Below are positions 15,958 to 26,547 of a stretch of DNA of 44,391 nt, in pieces. The position numbers and the translations under genes are program-made. The stretch is from Escherichia phage vB_EcoS_fPoEco01. How positions within the stretch are numbered: the stretch's first letter is position 1; the number at the start of each line of letters is the position of its first letter. The stretch lies in sequence record NC_073317.1. The stretch is one strand, 5' to 3'. A model generated the notes under the pieces. The model was not told the origin of the DNA. It did no database searches and was given only the letters and a program-made list of their open reading frames with translations.

Positions 15958-18289
15958 TGTAGCTAGTTTAGTTGTAAAAGTATCAGAGCAAGGCGCGAAA
16001 GCTACATCAGACCGTCTTGATAACCTTTCCAAGTCTGCAAAGGTAGCCGGAGCTGCGGTAGCGGGCCTCGCTTCCATCGTCGCCGCTACCGCGTACAAGG
16101 CCGCACAGGAACTGGTAGACTCCCAACGGCAACTGGACAAGATGTCCGCCAGCCTGAAAACACTAACCGGAAGCACGCAGGGGGCAAGACAGGCGTTAAG
16201 CATCCTGCAAGACTTCGCGCGCGACACTCCGTATGGCCTTGAACAGGCGGTAGAGGGATTCCGTAAACTGGTGGCTCTCGGCCTTACCCCCTCAGAAGAA
16301 GCGTTGCGCTCCTATGGCAACACTGCCGCTGCTATGGGTAAAGACCTTAATCAGATGATTGAGGCCGTTGCGGACGCTAGTACATTTGAATTTGAGCGCC
16401 TTAAAGAATTTGGTATCAAGGCCAAGCAGAACAAAAACGATGTTGAATTTACATTCCAGGGCACCACTACGGTAGTTAAGAAGAGCGCTGCCGACATCGA
16501 GCAATACCTGCTCAACATTGGTAACGTAAACTTCGCGGGGGCTATGGCGGACCAGGCCAACACACTTAACGGGGCCATCGCCAGTGCCAGCGACTCATGG
16601 TCGCAGTTAAAAATGACACTGGCTACCAGCCTTGATGTTGGTGCTCTTGCGGAACCTATCCGGTACATCGATGATTTAATCCAGGAACTTAACGCACAGG
16701 TAGCATCCGGCGAACTCACCGCTGAGATGCGTATGTGGGGTGACATCGCGTCAGAAGTGGGCGGCGCGATAGAGATGTCGTTCGACGCGGCATTTGGTTT
16801 TGTAGGTGACGCGATAAATGGACTGAATGAACTTTGGGATTTTAGCAGTAAAAGTATCACCGACAGCGGCGAACAAACGGCGACAACCATCGCGGAATCA
16901 GCAGCCGATGCGCTCGATTTCATCGCGGAAGAATTTACCGCGATGGAGCGCTTCTTTGAAGATATGGTTAAAGGGGCGCAGGACGCTGGCCGGTTGGTGA
17001 AAGCAGCCTTCACACCAGGGGAATCTGTAGACGTAGCAAAAAACATTAACTTCCAGCTAGGGATGGCACTGGATACTCAGCGCGATGTTGCGGACCTGAC
17101 CCGTAAAAGTTTCCGCGAACAGGTGGAGGCTCAGCAAAATATCGTCGCGCTTAAACGCGCGGCATATGACATCGACAAAGAAGCCGCTAAGGAAGAAGGG
17201 CTTAGTAAATTTAAGGTAACTGGTACTGGTGGCGGGTCCGAAGATGATAATGCTGGTGCAAAAGCCGCCAAGAAAGCTGCGGACGCGTTCGAGCGCCAGA
17301 AGAAAGCCGCGGAGGATTTCTACTACCAGTCGATTCATCTCAATGACGACGTATTCCAGAAAATAGAAGCTAATCAGGAGCAACAGTTAACCAAGCTACA
17401 AGAGTTTTACGGCAACCAGCTTCTTAGCGACCAGCAATACGAGAACGCCAAAACTCAAATTATGCTGGAGGCGGACACCGCACGTCAGGAAGAACTCGCC
17501 AAGCGGGAGAAAGAACGGCAGGAGAAGCAGCAGAAAGGCGACGACTTCATGGCTCAGATTATGGGCCAGAACGCCACTGAGCTTGAGCTTCTCGATATCC
17601 AGGAGCAGCAGAAGCTGGCTGTTGCCGATAAATACCGCGAACAGGGGCTGATTAACGAGGAACAGTATCAGGCGGCACTTAACGCTATCAATGAACAGTA
17701 TGCTACGAAGCGCGCCGACGCAACGGCAACCGCCTTTGGTAACATGGCTTCAAACATCGGTTCGGCGTTGGGCGAGGCTTCCGGTGCATACAAGGCGTTC
17801 GCTATCGTACAGGCCACTATCGCCACGTACACCGCGGCTATTGAGGCGTACAAGTCCACGGCGGCTATCCCTGTAGTTGGCCCGTTCCTGGCTCCTGTAG
17901 CCGCCGCCGCTGCCGTTGGTGCGGGTATGGCGCAGATTTCCGCTATCAGGTCCGCCCGTGAACAGGGCGGTCAGTTATCCGCGGGGCAGGCTTCCACCAT
18001 CGCCGAACGTGGTAAACCAGAAGTTATCATGCCAGCAGGCGCATCTCGCGTACGAACTGCGCAGCAGATGAAAGAAATTATGGGGCAAAACGGGTCTTCT
18101 TCTGGACCGTCTAATGTTACCATCGTAAACAACACGAGTTCTCAAATCGGCAACGTATCCACTGAGCAGGATGATGAAGGCCGTTTGCGCATCATCATAG
18201 AAGAGCAAGTGGCGGCCTCTTTGCAGAACAGCAACAGTAAGATTAGCAAGGCTCGCAAGGCCACAAGAAACGCGCCGGGGTTTAAATAA
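15950..18289 (+). CDS. tail tape measure protein
   Basis: 779 aa, Ala/Gln/Glu-rich with long coiled-coil-like stretches; follows G/GT chaperones. Confidence 0.8.
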   Translation: MADVASLVVKVSEQGAKATSDRLDNLSKSAKVAGAAVAGLASIVAATAYKAAQELVDSQRQLDKMSASLKTLTGSTQGARQALSILQDFARDTPYGLEQAVEGFRKLVALGLTPSEEALRSYGNTAAAMGKDLNQMIEAVADASTFEFERLKEFGIKAKQNKNDVEFTFQGTTTVVKKSAADIEQYLLNIGNVNFAGAMADQANTLNGAIASASDSWSQLKMTLATSLDVGALAEPIRYIDDLIQELNAQVASGELTAEMRMWGDIASEVGGAIEMSFDAAFGFVGDAINGLNELWDFSSKSITDSGEQTATTIAESAADALDFIAEEFTAMERFFEDMVKGAQDAGRLVKAAFTPGESVDVAKNINFQLGMALDTQRDVADLTRKSFREQVEAQQNIVALKRAAYDIDKEAAKEEGLSKFKVTGTGGGSEDDNAGAKAAKKAADAFERQKKAAEDFYYQSIHLNDDVFQKIEANQEQQLTKLQEFYGNQLLSDQQYENAKTQIMLEADTARQEELAKREKERQEKQQKGDDFMAQIMGQNATELELLDIQEQQKLAVADKYREQGLINEEQYQAALNAINEQYATKRADATATAFGNMASNIGSALGEASGAYKAFAIVQATIATYTAAIEAYKSTAAIPVVGPFLAPVAAAAAVGAGMAQISAIRSAREQGGQLSAGQASTIAERGKPEVIMPAGASRVRTAQQMKEIMGQNGSSSGPSNVTIVNNTSSQIGNVSTEQDDEGRLRIIIEEQVAASLQNSNSKISKARKATRNAPGFK

Positions 18290-18789
18290 TGAGCGACTTA
18301 TATTTCCCACGTAGCCTTAAGCCGGTGGTGTCGAAAGGCTACTCGATGACCCGACGTAACAACGTCTGGAGTGTAGATTTAGCTGGCGGTGGTGTGCGCC
18401 AGGGCCGCGACACATATTACGACGTGTTCCCGATAAGCGTAACCCTGATTACATCGGCACTAGGACGGCAGGCGTTTCTGTCGTTCCTTGAGAAAGTCGA
18501 TGGTGGTGCGTCAAGTTTCTGGATGGCGCACGACTTCGGCATGGGTATTGAGGACTATCAGGTAACCATTACGTCCACCATCGCCGAGTCAACCGAAGAC
18601 GGAATTAACTGGACGATTACCTTCACGGCAACCGCCGAGAAATCGCCGTTCCAGGACCAAGAGAACCAGTGCCTGATTAACAATCTGCCGGATTTGTATG
18701 GTTGCTATGGTGATGTGCTGGGCTGTTTACTTAAAGCCTACGGAACCGCGCAATCAACGTTTCCACGAATTTGGGACCCGATGCAATGA
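18289..18789 (+). CDS. minor tail protein (distal tail, gpM-like, putative)
   Basis: 166 aa ORF immediately after tape measure; synteny. Confidence 0.4.
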   Translation: MSDLYFPRSLKPVVSKGYSMTRRNNVWSVDLAGGGVRQGRDTYYDVFPISVTLITSALGRQAFLSFLEKVDGGASSFWMAHDFGMGIEDYQVTITSTIAESTEDGINWTITFTATAEKSPFQDQENQCLINNLPDLYGCYGDVLGCLLKAYGTAQSTFPRIWDPMQ

Positions 18790-19301
18790 GTCAGGAATCA
18801 GTAGAAGCAGCCTATCGCCGTAAGCTGGCCTCAAATCCCGACGGCGAGATGGACTACATCACGTTGCAAATCAGCCACCCGTTGCTGTCGAAGACGTACT
18901 ATCTTGTGCGCGGGCTACAGGAACTTACGGCAACACTGGAGACAGGCGAAACAATCACGTTCGAGCCAACACCGATGGAAGCGTCGGGAGCCGCTAACAA
19001 TAACGACATGGACCAGACGACGACGTTTACACTTCCTGACGTCGGAAATTTACTGGACGATGAACTGGATAATATTCCGATGGATAGTACTGAGTTGCCG
19101 AAGTTCATATTTCGCCGTTATGTCAGCACCGACCTGTCTTACCCGGCAGACGGCCCTGTGGCATACGAGGCGCAGACCATAGCTCAGGACAAGGGGCGAT
19201 TCTCCGCTAATTTAGGGACACCTATGCTTAACCAACGAAGCACTGGTATACTCATGACACCTAAAGAGATACCTTTATTACGCGGCCTGTTAATAACATG
19301 A
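18786..19301 (+). CDS. minor tail protein (gpL-like, putative)
   Basis: ATG at 18786 overlapping upstream stop (ATGA); synteny. Confidence 0.4.
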   Translation: MSQESVEAAYRRKLASNPDGEMDYITLQISHPLLSKTYYLVRGLQELTATLETGETITFEPTPMEASGAANNNDMDQTTTFTLPDVGNLLDDELDNIPMDSTELPKFIFRRYVSTDLSYPADGPVAYEAQTIAQDKGRFSANLGTPMLNQRSTGILMTPKEIPLLRGLLIT

Positions 19302-19663
19302 ACATTAACGACTACACGGGAATACCTTACGACTTTCGCAAACGCAATTGCTGGCATCACGTGCGTATTGTCCGTGCGGATGCCGGGTTAGCCACACCGG
19401 CGTTCGACGCTACAAGCCCAACGGCAATTAACGACGCGTTTGACGAAGGGCATCGCAACACGAAGGGGCTTACGAAAATTGATAAGCCTGAGAACTTGTG
19501 CGCGGTTCTTATGGGTAGGCGTCGCGGCGGCAGAATCGTGTGGCACGCCGGGGTCTACTTTGACGGAATGGTGAGTCATTGCGAGATGGCCTCCCGTCAG
19601 GTACGGCTAGACCGGCTTGTTGACCTGAGCGACCTGTACACGGAGATTGAATTTTGGCGATAA
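19298..19663 (+). CDS. tail assembly protein with NlpC/P60-like Cys-His motif (gpK-like, putative)
   Basis: 121 aa; NCWHH ... H.G motifs reminiscent of NlpC/P60-type peptidase domains found in lambda gpK-like proteins. Confidence 0.4.
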   Translation: MNINDYTGIPYDFRKRNCWHHVRIVRADAGLATPAFDATSPTAINDAFDEGHRNTKGLTKIDKPENLCAVLMGRRRGGRIVWHAGVYFDGMVSHCEMASRQVRLDRLVDLSDLYTEIEFWR

Positions 19664-22200
19664 TCCTGCACTACACGCGAAATGCTAACGGTGTTTTCGA
19701 CCGCACAAAACACGTCGGGATGCCGATGGAGTTTGTCGTTAACCGTATTCCTGACGGCGTGCCTGTGCGCGTCTACCTCGGCGAAATTGGTGATGATACA
19801 GACGTAACGGACGACTTCGAAGCGCTTAAAGACGAAGACGCGGTGTATCACATAGTAGAAGGAGCTGGTGGGGGTGCGCTTGTAGTAGGTGCGCTTGTTG
19901 CGTTGGTCGTCGTCGCGGCTACGGTTTTACTAACTAAGAAACCGAATCTGGCGGTAACAGCGACAAATAACCAAGCAAAATCCGCTAATAACAGCCTTAC
20001 TGACCGCTCCAACAAGCCGCGTCCTTACGAGCGCTCCTATGACATCTGCGGGACTGTGCAGACAATCCCTAATGACCTGATGCAGACGTATAAGGCGTTC
20101 GACAATATCGGGAATTTACTAGAATACTCGTACTATGACGCCGGGCGGGGGCATCTACATATTGAGGCTGATGGGGTCACAGAGGGCGATACCCTGATAA
20201 GTGACATCACAGGCTCTTCTGTTGCCGTGTATGCGCCATATACCTCCCCGAACAACACCACATCTCCGCAGCTACAAATCGGGGACGTCATTGACCAGAA
20301 ACTCTATGTGACATACTCCAACGACGACGTTGACGGTATTGTACTGAAAGCGCCAAACGACATCGGGGCTAACCCAAGCGCCGATGGCACCGCGAAACGT
20401 ATTTCAAACACCGGCTACATCTATGACCCGTCGGGTGACTCCGCTTTTTCTGAGTTTCTTAGCGTCGGTGATGTCGCGGTGCTGAGCAACTTTGACGTTG
20501 CAGGCGTCACTAACCTTAACGGCTCGTTTGAGGTTTTATATGTCGATGACTTCGAAGTAAGACTGGCGGTGAATGGTGCTTCTAACTGGGACGCGTTAAC
20601 CAGTGGGCAGACGTATACCTTAACAGAGCGTTCTGATACTTTCATTGGTCCGAGAGACACCTACGACGTATCCCTGACCGACTGGTATTACATGGTGCGC
20701 GGAGAAGTTGACCGGGTGTTTGCTAACGTTGCCGGGCAGAACGGCCTCTACAAATACGACGGCGGTTATAGCCGAGCCAATGTAACCGTAGAACTCCAGT
20801 ACCAGATGATCGATTCTCAGCGTAACCCGATTGGTGATATCTACACCGTACAAGGCACCGTTACCGGTAATAGCACGGATTACGTTGGCACGTCTATCTA
20901 CGGGCAATTGCCTACTGCATCGCGTTTCCGCGCCCGTATGCGTCGTATAACGAATTTTGATAAGGACTACGACGGTACCGTAAGCGATGAGATAACATTC
21001 ATCAACCTGTACGGGCAGTCTCTGGACACAACCCCGCACTACGGCAACCGGACAACAGTACATTGCGCCCGTAAACAGACACCGCGGGCCGCTAGTATTG
21101 ACAACCCTGAACTGCGCATGATTGCGACTGAGATGTGTTACAAATACCTCGGAAATGGGGTATTCGATACGGTAATGACACCTAATACGCAGGCGGTGCA
21201 ATCACTAATTCGACTGGCCCGCGACCCGGCGGTAGGTAACTTAGAACTGACAACCGCAAACATGGACAAGTTACTTGCCGTGCAGGAAGAGATTGAATCC
21301 TATTTTGGCAGCGAATTAGCGGGACAATTCTGCTACACGTTCGACGACTACGACACCACGATGCAGGACATCGTTCAGACTATAGCCGAAGCCGTGTTTT
21401 GTACTGCGTACCGTAAAGGTGCAGACATTATGCTGCGTTTCGACCGTCCGGTTGCAGGGCCTGAAATGGTGTTCACCCACCGCAGTAAAACTACCGGTAC
21501 AGAGAAATGGACGCGCACATTCAACGATTCTACTACCTACGATAGCCTGTCGTTCTCGTACATCGACCCGGATACAAACGTACAGGAAACTATTTATATC
21601 CCGGAAGAACTCGGTGCAAACACTGAGGAATACGAATCGAAAGGCGTGCGCAACTATCAGCAGGCGTACTGGCTGGCGTGGCGTCGCTATCAGCGCAATG
21701 CGTTAAGTAAAGTTGTCGTAGAGTTCGAAGCTACCGAAGAGGGGGCACTCGCTACACCGGGCGGCGTAATCAGTGTCGTTAAAGGCTCGCGTATCGCGCC
21801 GCAGGATGGCTATGTTGTTGCCGTTAATGGGCTTACGCTGACACTGTCACAGCCGGTTACGTTTACCCCCGGCGATGACCACTCCATCATCCTCAAGAAG
21901 CGCGATGGCTCCGTGCAGAGTATTTCTGTTATCAAAGGAAACCACGACCGCGAAGTGATTATGCTCTCCGCGCCGGAGGAAGCAATATACACGGGGAATA
22001 GCGCACTAAAAACTGAGTTTTCATTCGGCAACGAAGCAAGGCATAATGCTCAGAAGATAGTTGTTTCTTCAATCGACCCCGGCGACGACCGCACGGTCAA
22101 GATTACTGGCTACAACTATGACGACGGATTCTATAAATACGACGGCGTCGCGCCATACGGCAGCGGTTTCTCCGACGGATTCAGCAATGGTTTTAATTAA
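19654..22200 (+). CDS. tail tip / central tail fiber protein (gpJ-like, putative)
   Basis: 848 aa large ORF after tail assembly genes; apparent TTG start with SD GGAGA; synteny. Confidence 0.5.
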   Translation: MAIILHYTRNANGVFDRTKHVGMPMEFVVNRIPDGVPVRVYLGEIGDDTDVTDDFEALKDEDAVYHIVEGAGGGALVVGALVALVVVAATVLLTKKPNLAVTATNNQAKSANNSLTDRSNKPRPYERSYDICGTVQTIPNDLMQTYKAFDNIGNLLEYSYYDAGRGHLHIEADGVTEGDTLISDITGSSVAVYAPYTSPNNTTSPQLQIGDVIDQKLYVTYSNDDVDGIVLKAPNDIGANPSADGTAKRISNTGYIYDPSGDSAFSEFLSVGDVAVLSNFDVAGVTNLNGSFEVLYVDDFEVRLAVNGASNWDALTSGQTYTLTERSDTFIGPRDTYDVSLTDWYYMVRGEVDRVFANVAGQNGLYKYDGGYSRANVTVELQYQMIDSQRNPIGDIYTVQGTVTGNSTDYVGTSIYGQLPTASRFRARMRRITNFDKDYDGTVSDEITFINLYGQSLDTTPHYGNRTTVHCARKQTPRAASIDNPELRMIATEMCYKYLGNGVFDTVMTPNTQAVQSLIRLARDPAVGNLELTTANMDKLLAVQEEIESYFGSELAGQFCYTFDDYDTTMQDIVQTIAEAVFCTAYRKGADIMLRFDRPVAGPEMVFTHRSKTTGTEKWTRTFNDSTTYDSLSFSYIDPDTNVQETIYIPEELGANTEEYESKGVRNYQQAYWLAWRRYQRNALSKVVVEFEATEEGALATPGGVISVVKGSRIAPQDGYVVAVNGLTLTLSQPVTFTPGDDHSIILKKRDGSVQSISVIKGNHDREVIMLSAPEEAIYTGNSALKTEFSFGNEARHNAQKIVVSSIDPGDDRTVKITGYNYDDGFYKYDGVAPYGSGFSDGFSNGFN

Positions 22201-22212
22201 AGAGGACTCTAT

Positions 22213-24549
22213 ATGTCAAGCGGATGTGGTGATGTTATAAGTCTGGAGTCGATGCAAATCGCACGTAAACACCAGATTTTCGAAATAGAGGTTATCACCG
22301 GTAAACAGGGCGGCGTTGCGTACGGTGCTGATATTGATTACGCGACAAATGCCGTTACAGGGCAGACCCAAAAGACGTTACCAGCCGTGTTGCGTGACGC
22401 TGGTTTTTCTCCGGTGTCATGGGACTTTTCCACTGGTGGTACGTTAACCGCTAATGACCGCGACAAAGTGGTGTATGACCCTGTAAGCAAGACGTGGTAC
22501 TCGTATACCGGGACTCTGCCGGTTGTTGTCCCCGCATCGTTTAACCCGGTTGGTAACGCTAACTGGAGGCCGCAGACTGACCCGGATTTGCGCAATGATT
22601 TATCCAGCACAGACAATGCGACATTAGGTGATGCCATGGTCGGCGTCCGACAACCATTTACCGACGCTGTCGGCAGGACGCAACACGATAAAAATAGAGA
22701 AGTAGTTTCCGTTCTGGACTTCTATTTAGGTACTGACCCTGATTACACAAACGCCCTTAACCGAGCGCTTACAGCTAGTAACGGGGTGCTTGTACCGCAA
22801 GGGGAGTATAGTACGTCGCTACTCTCCCACCCGACATGCTCTCTATTCGGAACAGGGGGTGGGGTTTTAAAACAATCAAACGATTCTGGAAACCACTTAA
22901 TCTTTGATAAACCTGCAGGAGGGCTACTTAGCACCCTGAGTATTGTAGGAAATAAGGCAACGGACTCCACACAGGGTCAGCAGGTTTCCTTCGCCGGTGG
23001 GCAGGACGTTACTATTAAAGGTATTGATTTTAAAAATGCAAAGGGAACTGGATTTAGTTTAATAGCATACCCTAGTGATGGGGGTCCGTCTGGATACATT
23101 GTAAGCGGCATACGGGGCGACTACTCCGGGTATGCTACAAATAAAACAGCGGGGTGCGTGCTGTTTGAGTCCGCAAGTAATACTATAATCAACGATGTTA
23201 TCGCCCGAAACTACCCCCAATTCGGGGCGGTTGAGTTGAAAACAGATGCTAAATGTAATGTTGTTAGTGGCGTCATTGGGCAAAGCTGTCAGCACGTTGT
23301 TTATAATGGCACCAAGACGACCAATGCCCCTAGCAGTAATATTATCAGTAATGTTGTTGCTAATAACGCTAAGTATGCCGCTGTGGTCGCCGGCAAGGGT
23401 TCAGGTAATCTGGTGACAAATGTTGTAGCTGATTACTCCTCCTCCGAGGCCACGCAAGCCCACGGCGTTACATTACAAGGCAACTATAATGCCGCTGATA
23501 ATATTCTAATGGTTGGGTGCAGCGGAACTAATAGTTTAGGGCAAAAGCAAACCGCGACTTCTATTAGGTTTTTAAACGGAGCTAGTAATAACTACGCATC
23601 GGTTTTCCCTATGTATAGTGCTTCCGGGGTTGTTACACTAGAGACAGGGACTACCCGTAACTTTGTGGAAGTAAAGCACCCTGGACCCAAGAACAGTCTT
23701 CTTAGTTCACTATCTACTATAACCGGGGTCTCTAGCATTGATGGTACTACCACCAGTAACGTGGTACACGCCCCCGCTATAGGACAATACATAGGGTCCA
23801 TGTCCGGTAGGTTCGAGTGGTTCACTAAGTATATAGATACTTCTGCATTGCCTTTTGTGACAGCTGATAAATTCAGACTAATTTCCGATGGGGCTACATC
23901 TTTGGCTATTGGTGGAGGTACGACCTCTCAGATAAAATTACTCACATCTGATGGTACTTTTGGAACTATTTCTCTGGTTGATGGTAATTTACGCTTAGCC
24001 TCTGCCGCATCGGCGTTTATTCAAATAGCCCCGACGGCTATTACACCATCCAGTGCAAACACCGTCACTATCGGGTCGGCAAGTCTCGCTTTGTCCGGCG
24101 GATTCACTCAAACAGCGTTTACGGTTACGTCTGACGAGAGAGCCAAGACACTACCCCTGGAATTAACTGACGCTATGTTAGACGCTTGGGCTGAAGTTAA
24201 TTTAGTTCAATATAAGTACCTGGATAGGGTTGCAGAGAAGGGCGAGGATGCAGCTAGGTGGCACTTTGGAGTAGTAGCCCAACGAGCAATTGAGGCGTTT
24301 ACCCGGCACGGGTTGGACGCGACTAAGTACGGTTTCCTGTGCTACGATAAGTGGGAAGCGTCTCCGGAAATTATTGATGAGGAATCTGGGGAAGTATTAA
24401 CAAAAGCTACGGCGGCAGGGGAGCGGTATGGTATTCGTTATGATGAGGTATTGATATTAGAGGCTGCGTTACAGCGACGTAAAGCAGCTCAGTTAGAGAA
24501 AAGGATTATAGCGCTTGAGACATTAGTGGCTACCCTGACAAACAGTTAA
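22213..24549 (+). CDS. tailspike / tail fiber with beta-helix-like central region and C-terminal intramolecular chaperone (peptidase S74) domain
   Basis: 778 aa; central region with repetitive N/G/V-rich beta-helix-like repeats; C-terminal 139 aa begin with SDERAK (Ser-Asp-x-Arg-x-Lys motif of S74 auto-cleaving chaperone domains) at about 24130. Confidence 0.7.
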   Translation: MSSGCGDVISLESMQIARKHQIFEIEVITGKQGGVAYGADIDYATNAVTGQTQKTLPAVLRDAGFSPVSWDFSTGGTLTANDRDKVVYDPVSKTWYSYTGTLPVVVPASFNPVGNANWRPQTDPDLRNDLSSTDNATLGDAMVGVRQPFTDAVGRTQHDKNREVVSVLDFYLGTDPDYTNALNRALTASNGVLVPQGEYSTSLLSHPTCSLFGTGGGVLKQSNDSGNHLIFDKPAGGLLSTLSIVGNKATDSTQGQQVSFAGGQDVTIKGIDFKNAKGTGFSLIAYPSDGGPSGYIVSGIRGDYSGYATNKTAGCVLFESASNTIINDVIARNYPQFGAVELKTDAKCNVVSGVIGQSCQHVVYNGTKTTNAPSSNIISNVVANNAKYAAVVAGKGSGNLVTNVVADYSSSEATQAHGVTLQGNYNAADNILMVGCSGTNSLGQKQTATSIRFLNGASNNYASVFPMYSASGVVTLETGTTRNFVEVKHPGPKNSLLSSLSTITGVSSIDGTTTSNVVHAPAIGQYIGSMSGRFEWFTKYIDTSALPFVTADKFRLISDGATSLAIGGGTTSQIKLLTSDGTFGTISLVDGNLRLASAASAFIQIAPTAITPSSANTVTIGSASLALSGGFTQTAFTVTSDERAKTLPLELTDAMLDAWAEVNLVQYKYLDRVAEKGEDAARWHFGVVAQRAIEAFTRHGLDATKYGFLCYDKWEASPEIIDEESGEVLTKATAAGERYGIRYDEVLILEAALQRRKAAQLEKRIIALETLVATLTNS

Positions 24550-24555
24550 ATAAAC

Positions 24556-24578
24556 AAGGCCCCGAAAGGGGCCTTTTC
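24556..24578 (+). terminator. rho-independent terminator after tailspike gene
   Basis: AGGCCCC-gaaa-GGGGCCT followed by TTTT. Confidence 0.55.
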
Positions 24579-24579
24579 T

Positions 24580-24717
24580 CTACTCTTCTGCTAACTTCTC
24601 CAGTACAAACGCCAGTTGCGCATTAGCGGCGTCTCTTTGCTGCCGTAGTCGTAGAACCTCTTCTTCCAGTTCCTTGATACGTTTTTGCAATGCCGGAATC
24701 GGGGCTATGACGTTCAT
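24580..24717 (-). CDS. small coiled-coil protein (45 aa, hypothetical)
   Basis: ATG overlaps the stop of 24714..24899 (ATGA); SD AAGGTAAG; not in track (below 60 aa). Confidence 0.25.
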   Translation of the reverse strand: MNVIAPIPALQKRIKELEEEVLRLRQQRDAANAQLAFVLEKLAEE

Positions 24718-24899
24718 TTCTTACCTTCACTTTTCTTGAAACTGCGCTTTATATCTGGTCGCGTGTAGCACCGTGATTTTTCGTATTTACCGTCAGAGCT
24801 TACCAAAACAAAGCTGTTGCCGTCTTTTGATATGTACTCGATGGTGAAAATATTGAATGAGTGTACGCTGTATATTTCATCACCAACATTAAGTTTCAT
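24714..24899 (-). CDS. hypothetical protein
   Basis: 61 aa; start overlaps SNF2 helicase stop; SD GAGGTAAG. Confidence 0.4.
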   Translation of the reverse strand: MKLNVGDEIYSVHSFNIFTIEYISKDGNSFVLVSSDGKYEKSRCYTRPDIKRSFKKSEGKK

Positions 24900-26320
24900 T
24901 TCTTACCTCGTCTCTTCATGTAATTAAGCAACTCTTCCTGGACCGATTTCTTCTCGTCTGTACGCGCGGCAACAACCTCATCCAGCGTGTCTTTAGCGAC
25001 GATGTGGTACAGGAACACCGGGCGCTCGTGGCCCGCCTGTTTCTGGCGGACTGGGCCTATGCGCTCAACAACCTGCAAATAGTGCTCAAGGTTCCAGCCT
25101 TGCGAGATGAACGCCAGATGATGACCCCCGTCCTGTAAATTCAAACCATGCCCGGCTGACGCAGGATGCACGCATAAAATCTCGATTTCCCCACGGTTCC
25201 ACGCTTCCATCTGCTTGTTCCCCTTAGCGCCTTTGGCGAACGCCTGTGCCTGTGGGAATCGCTTAAGGATACGCTCCAGTTCGTGTTTAAACTGATAGGC
25301 TACCAGTAACGGTGCACCCTGTAGCTCCTCAACAATGGACTCAAGCGCATCAAGTTTCGTGTCGTGCACTTTCTCCCAGTCTTTGGTTGCTTCTCCGTCC
25401 GGTCCCGATACATACACGGCACCAGATGCAATCTGCAAACACTTCGACGTCTTCGCCGCGGCGTTAGCAGCTTCAACTTCTCCGCTCTCCAGTTCCGCGA
25501 ATAACTTCTCCTCCATATCGATGTACGCCTGACGTGCTTTCTTCGGCAGGTCAATTTCAACCGGAACAATAATCGGCGCTTCACACCCGAACCACTCAGC
25601 GGCGTCAATCGTGAGACTAATGTCCTTCATCTTCTGGTGAATCTCATTATCCGCCCCCGGGCGCGCATGATACTCTCGCGCCATCGCCGACTTACCTTTC
25701 TGGACAGAGTTAAACCATCGGTCGGTGAATGCCGTGTATGAAGAACCGAGGCGCTCACCCGCGTCGATAAACCAGTTCTGGCCCCACAAGTCTTTTAGGC
25801 CGTTTGGTGACGGTGTGCCTGTAAGGTTAATGAAACGCTTAACCTTTCCGAACGCCACTTTGCTAAGCGCCTTTGCCCGCTTGCTACCACCTGAACGGCT
25901 GCGGAATGATTTTAGTTTCGTGCTTTCATCGGCGACAATAACCGTAAAAGGCCAGTCGTCTTTGCCGTAGTAGTCAATCAGCCATTCAATAACTTCGTAG
26001 TTGGTGCACACCACGTTAGCGTCAGACTCCAGCGCCGCGATGCGGCGCTTTTCTGAACCGGTGGCATCGACGACACGCAGACACGGGAAACCCCACTTAG
26101 TTTGTTCTGAGGGCCATGTGCCGGACGCAACACGCAGCGGGGCGAGGATTAACACTCGGTCGTCGTCATTAAGTTGGCCGTTGCGGAACAGTCGGTTAAG
26201 CACCCACATCGTTGCGGAACTTTTGCCCGCGCCCATCGAAGCCCAAATATTACAGCGCGGATGTTGCAACATGAACGAAGTCATGAGCTTCTGGTACTCT
26301 CGACGGATAAATTTAGACAT
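24896..26320 (-). CDS. SNF2/DEAD-like family helicase
   Basis: 474 aa; Walker A ASMGAGKS, motif Ia LILAPLRV, DEST box (VIVADESTKLKS), motif III LTGTPSPN, C-terminal helicase domain. Confidence 0.7.
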   Translation of the reverse strand: MSKFIRREYQKLMTSFMLQHPRCNIWASMGAGKSSATMWVLNRLFRNGQLNDDDRVLILAPLRVASGTWPSEQTKWGFPCLRVVDATGSEKRRIAALESDANVVCTNYEVIEWLIDYYGKDDWPFTVIVADESTKLKSFRSRSGGSKRAKALSKVAFGKVKRFINLTGTPSPNGLKDLWGQNWFIDAGERLGSSYTAFTDRWFNSVQKGKSAMAREYHARPGADNEIHQKMKDISLTIDAAEWFGCEAPIIVPVEIDLPKKARQAYIDMEEKLFAELESGEVEAANAAAKTSKCLQIASGAVYVSGPDGEATKDWEKVHDTKLDALESIVEELQGAPLLVAYQFKHELERILKRFPQAQAFAKGAKGNKQMEAWNRGEIEILCVHPASAGHGLNLQDGGHHLAFISQGWNLEHYLQVVERIGPVRQKQAGHERPVFLYHIVAKDTLDEVVAARTDEKKSVQEELLNYMKRRGKK

Positions 26321-26322
26321 AA

Positions 26323-26517
26323 TTAACCCTTAACGTAGAGCACCAGCTCTTTACGCCCGAACGCCGTAACGTTACCAGTTACATCTTCGATAACCAGTTT
26401 ACCGTTCGACTCGACGAACACCGTATCAACGGCAACAGGGCGACGGGTCTTAACGCTGAAAATCATGTCGCCTGGTACGATGTCACGTGCTGGCTTGCGG
26501 TCATATTCGTGTTTCAT
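26323..26517 (-). CDS. hypothetical protein
   Basis: 64 aa ORF downstream of class II promoter 26551..26579. Confidence 0.4.
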   Translation of the reverse strand: MKHEYDRKPARDIVPGDMIFSVKTRRPVAVDTVFVESNGKLVIEDVTGNVTAFGRKELVLYVKG

Positions 26518-26547
26518 TTCTCAATTCCTTATATTGTTGGTGTGTGA

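Noticed and set aside
16351-17046. 231-aa minus-strand ORF inside the tape measure gene (and similar antisense ORFs such as 11326..11976, 13..459, 20620..21201, 29310..29819)
   Set aside because: All are embedded antisense or out of frame within strongly supported genes, lack start-site signals and give low-complexity translations; treated as non-coding.
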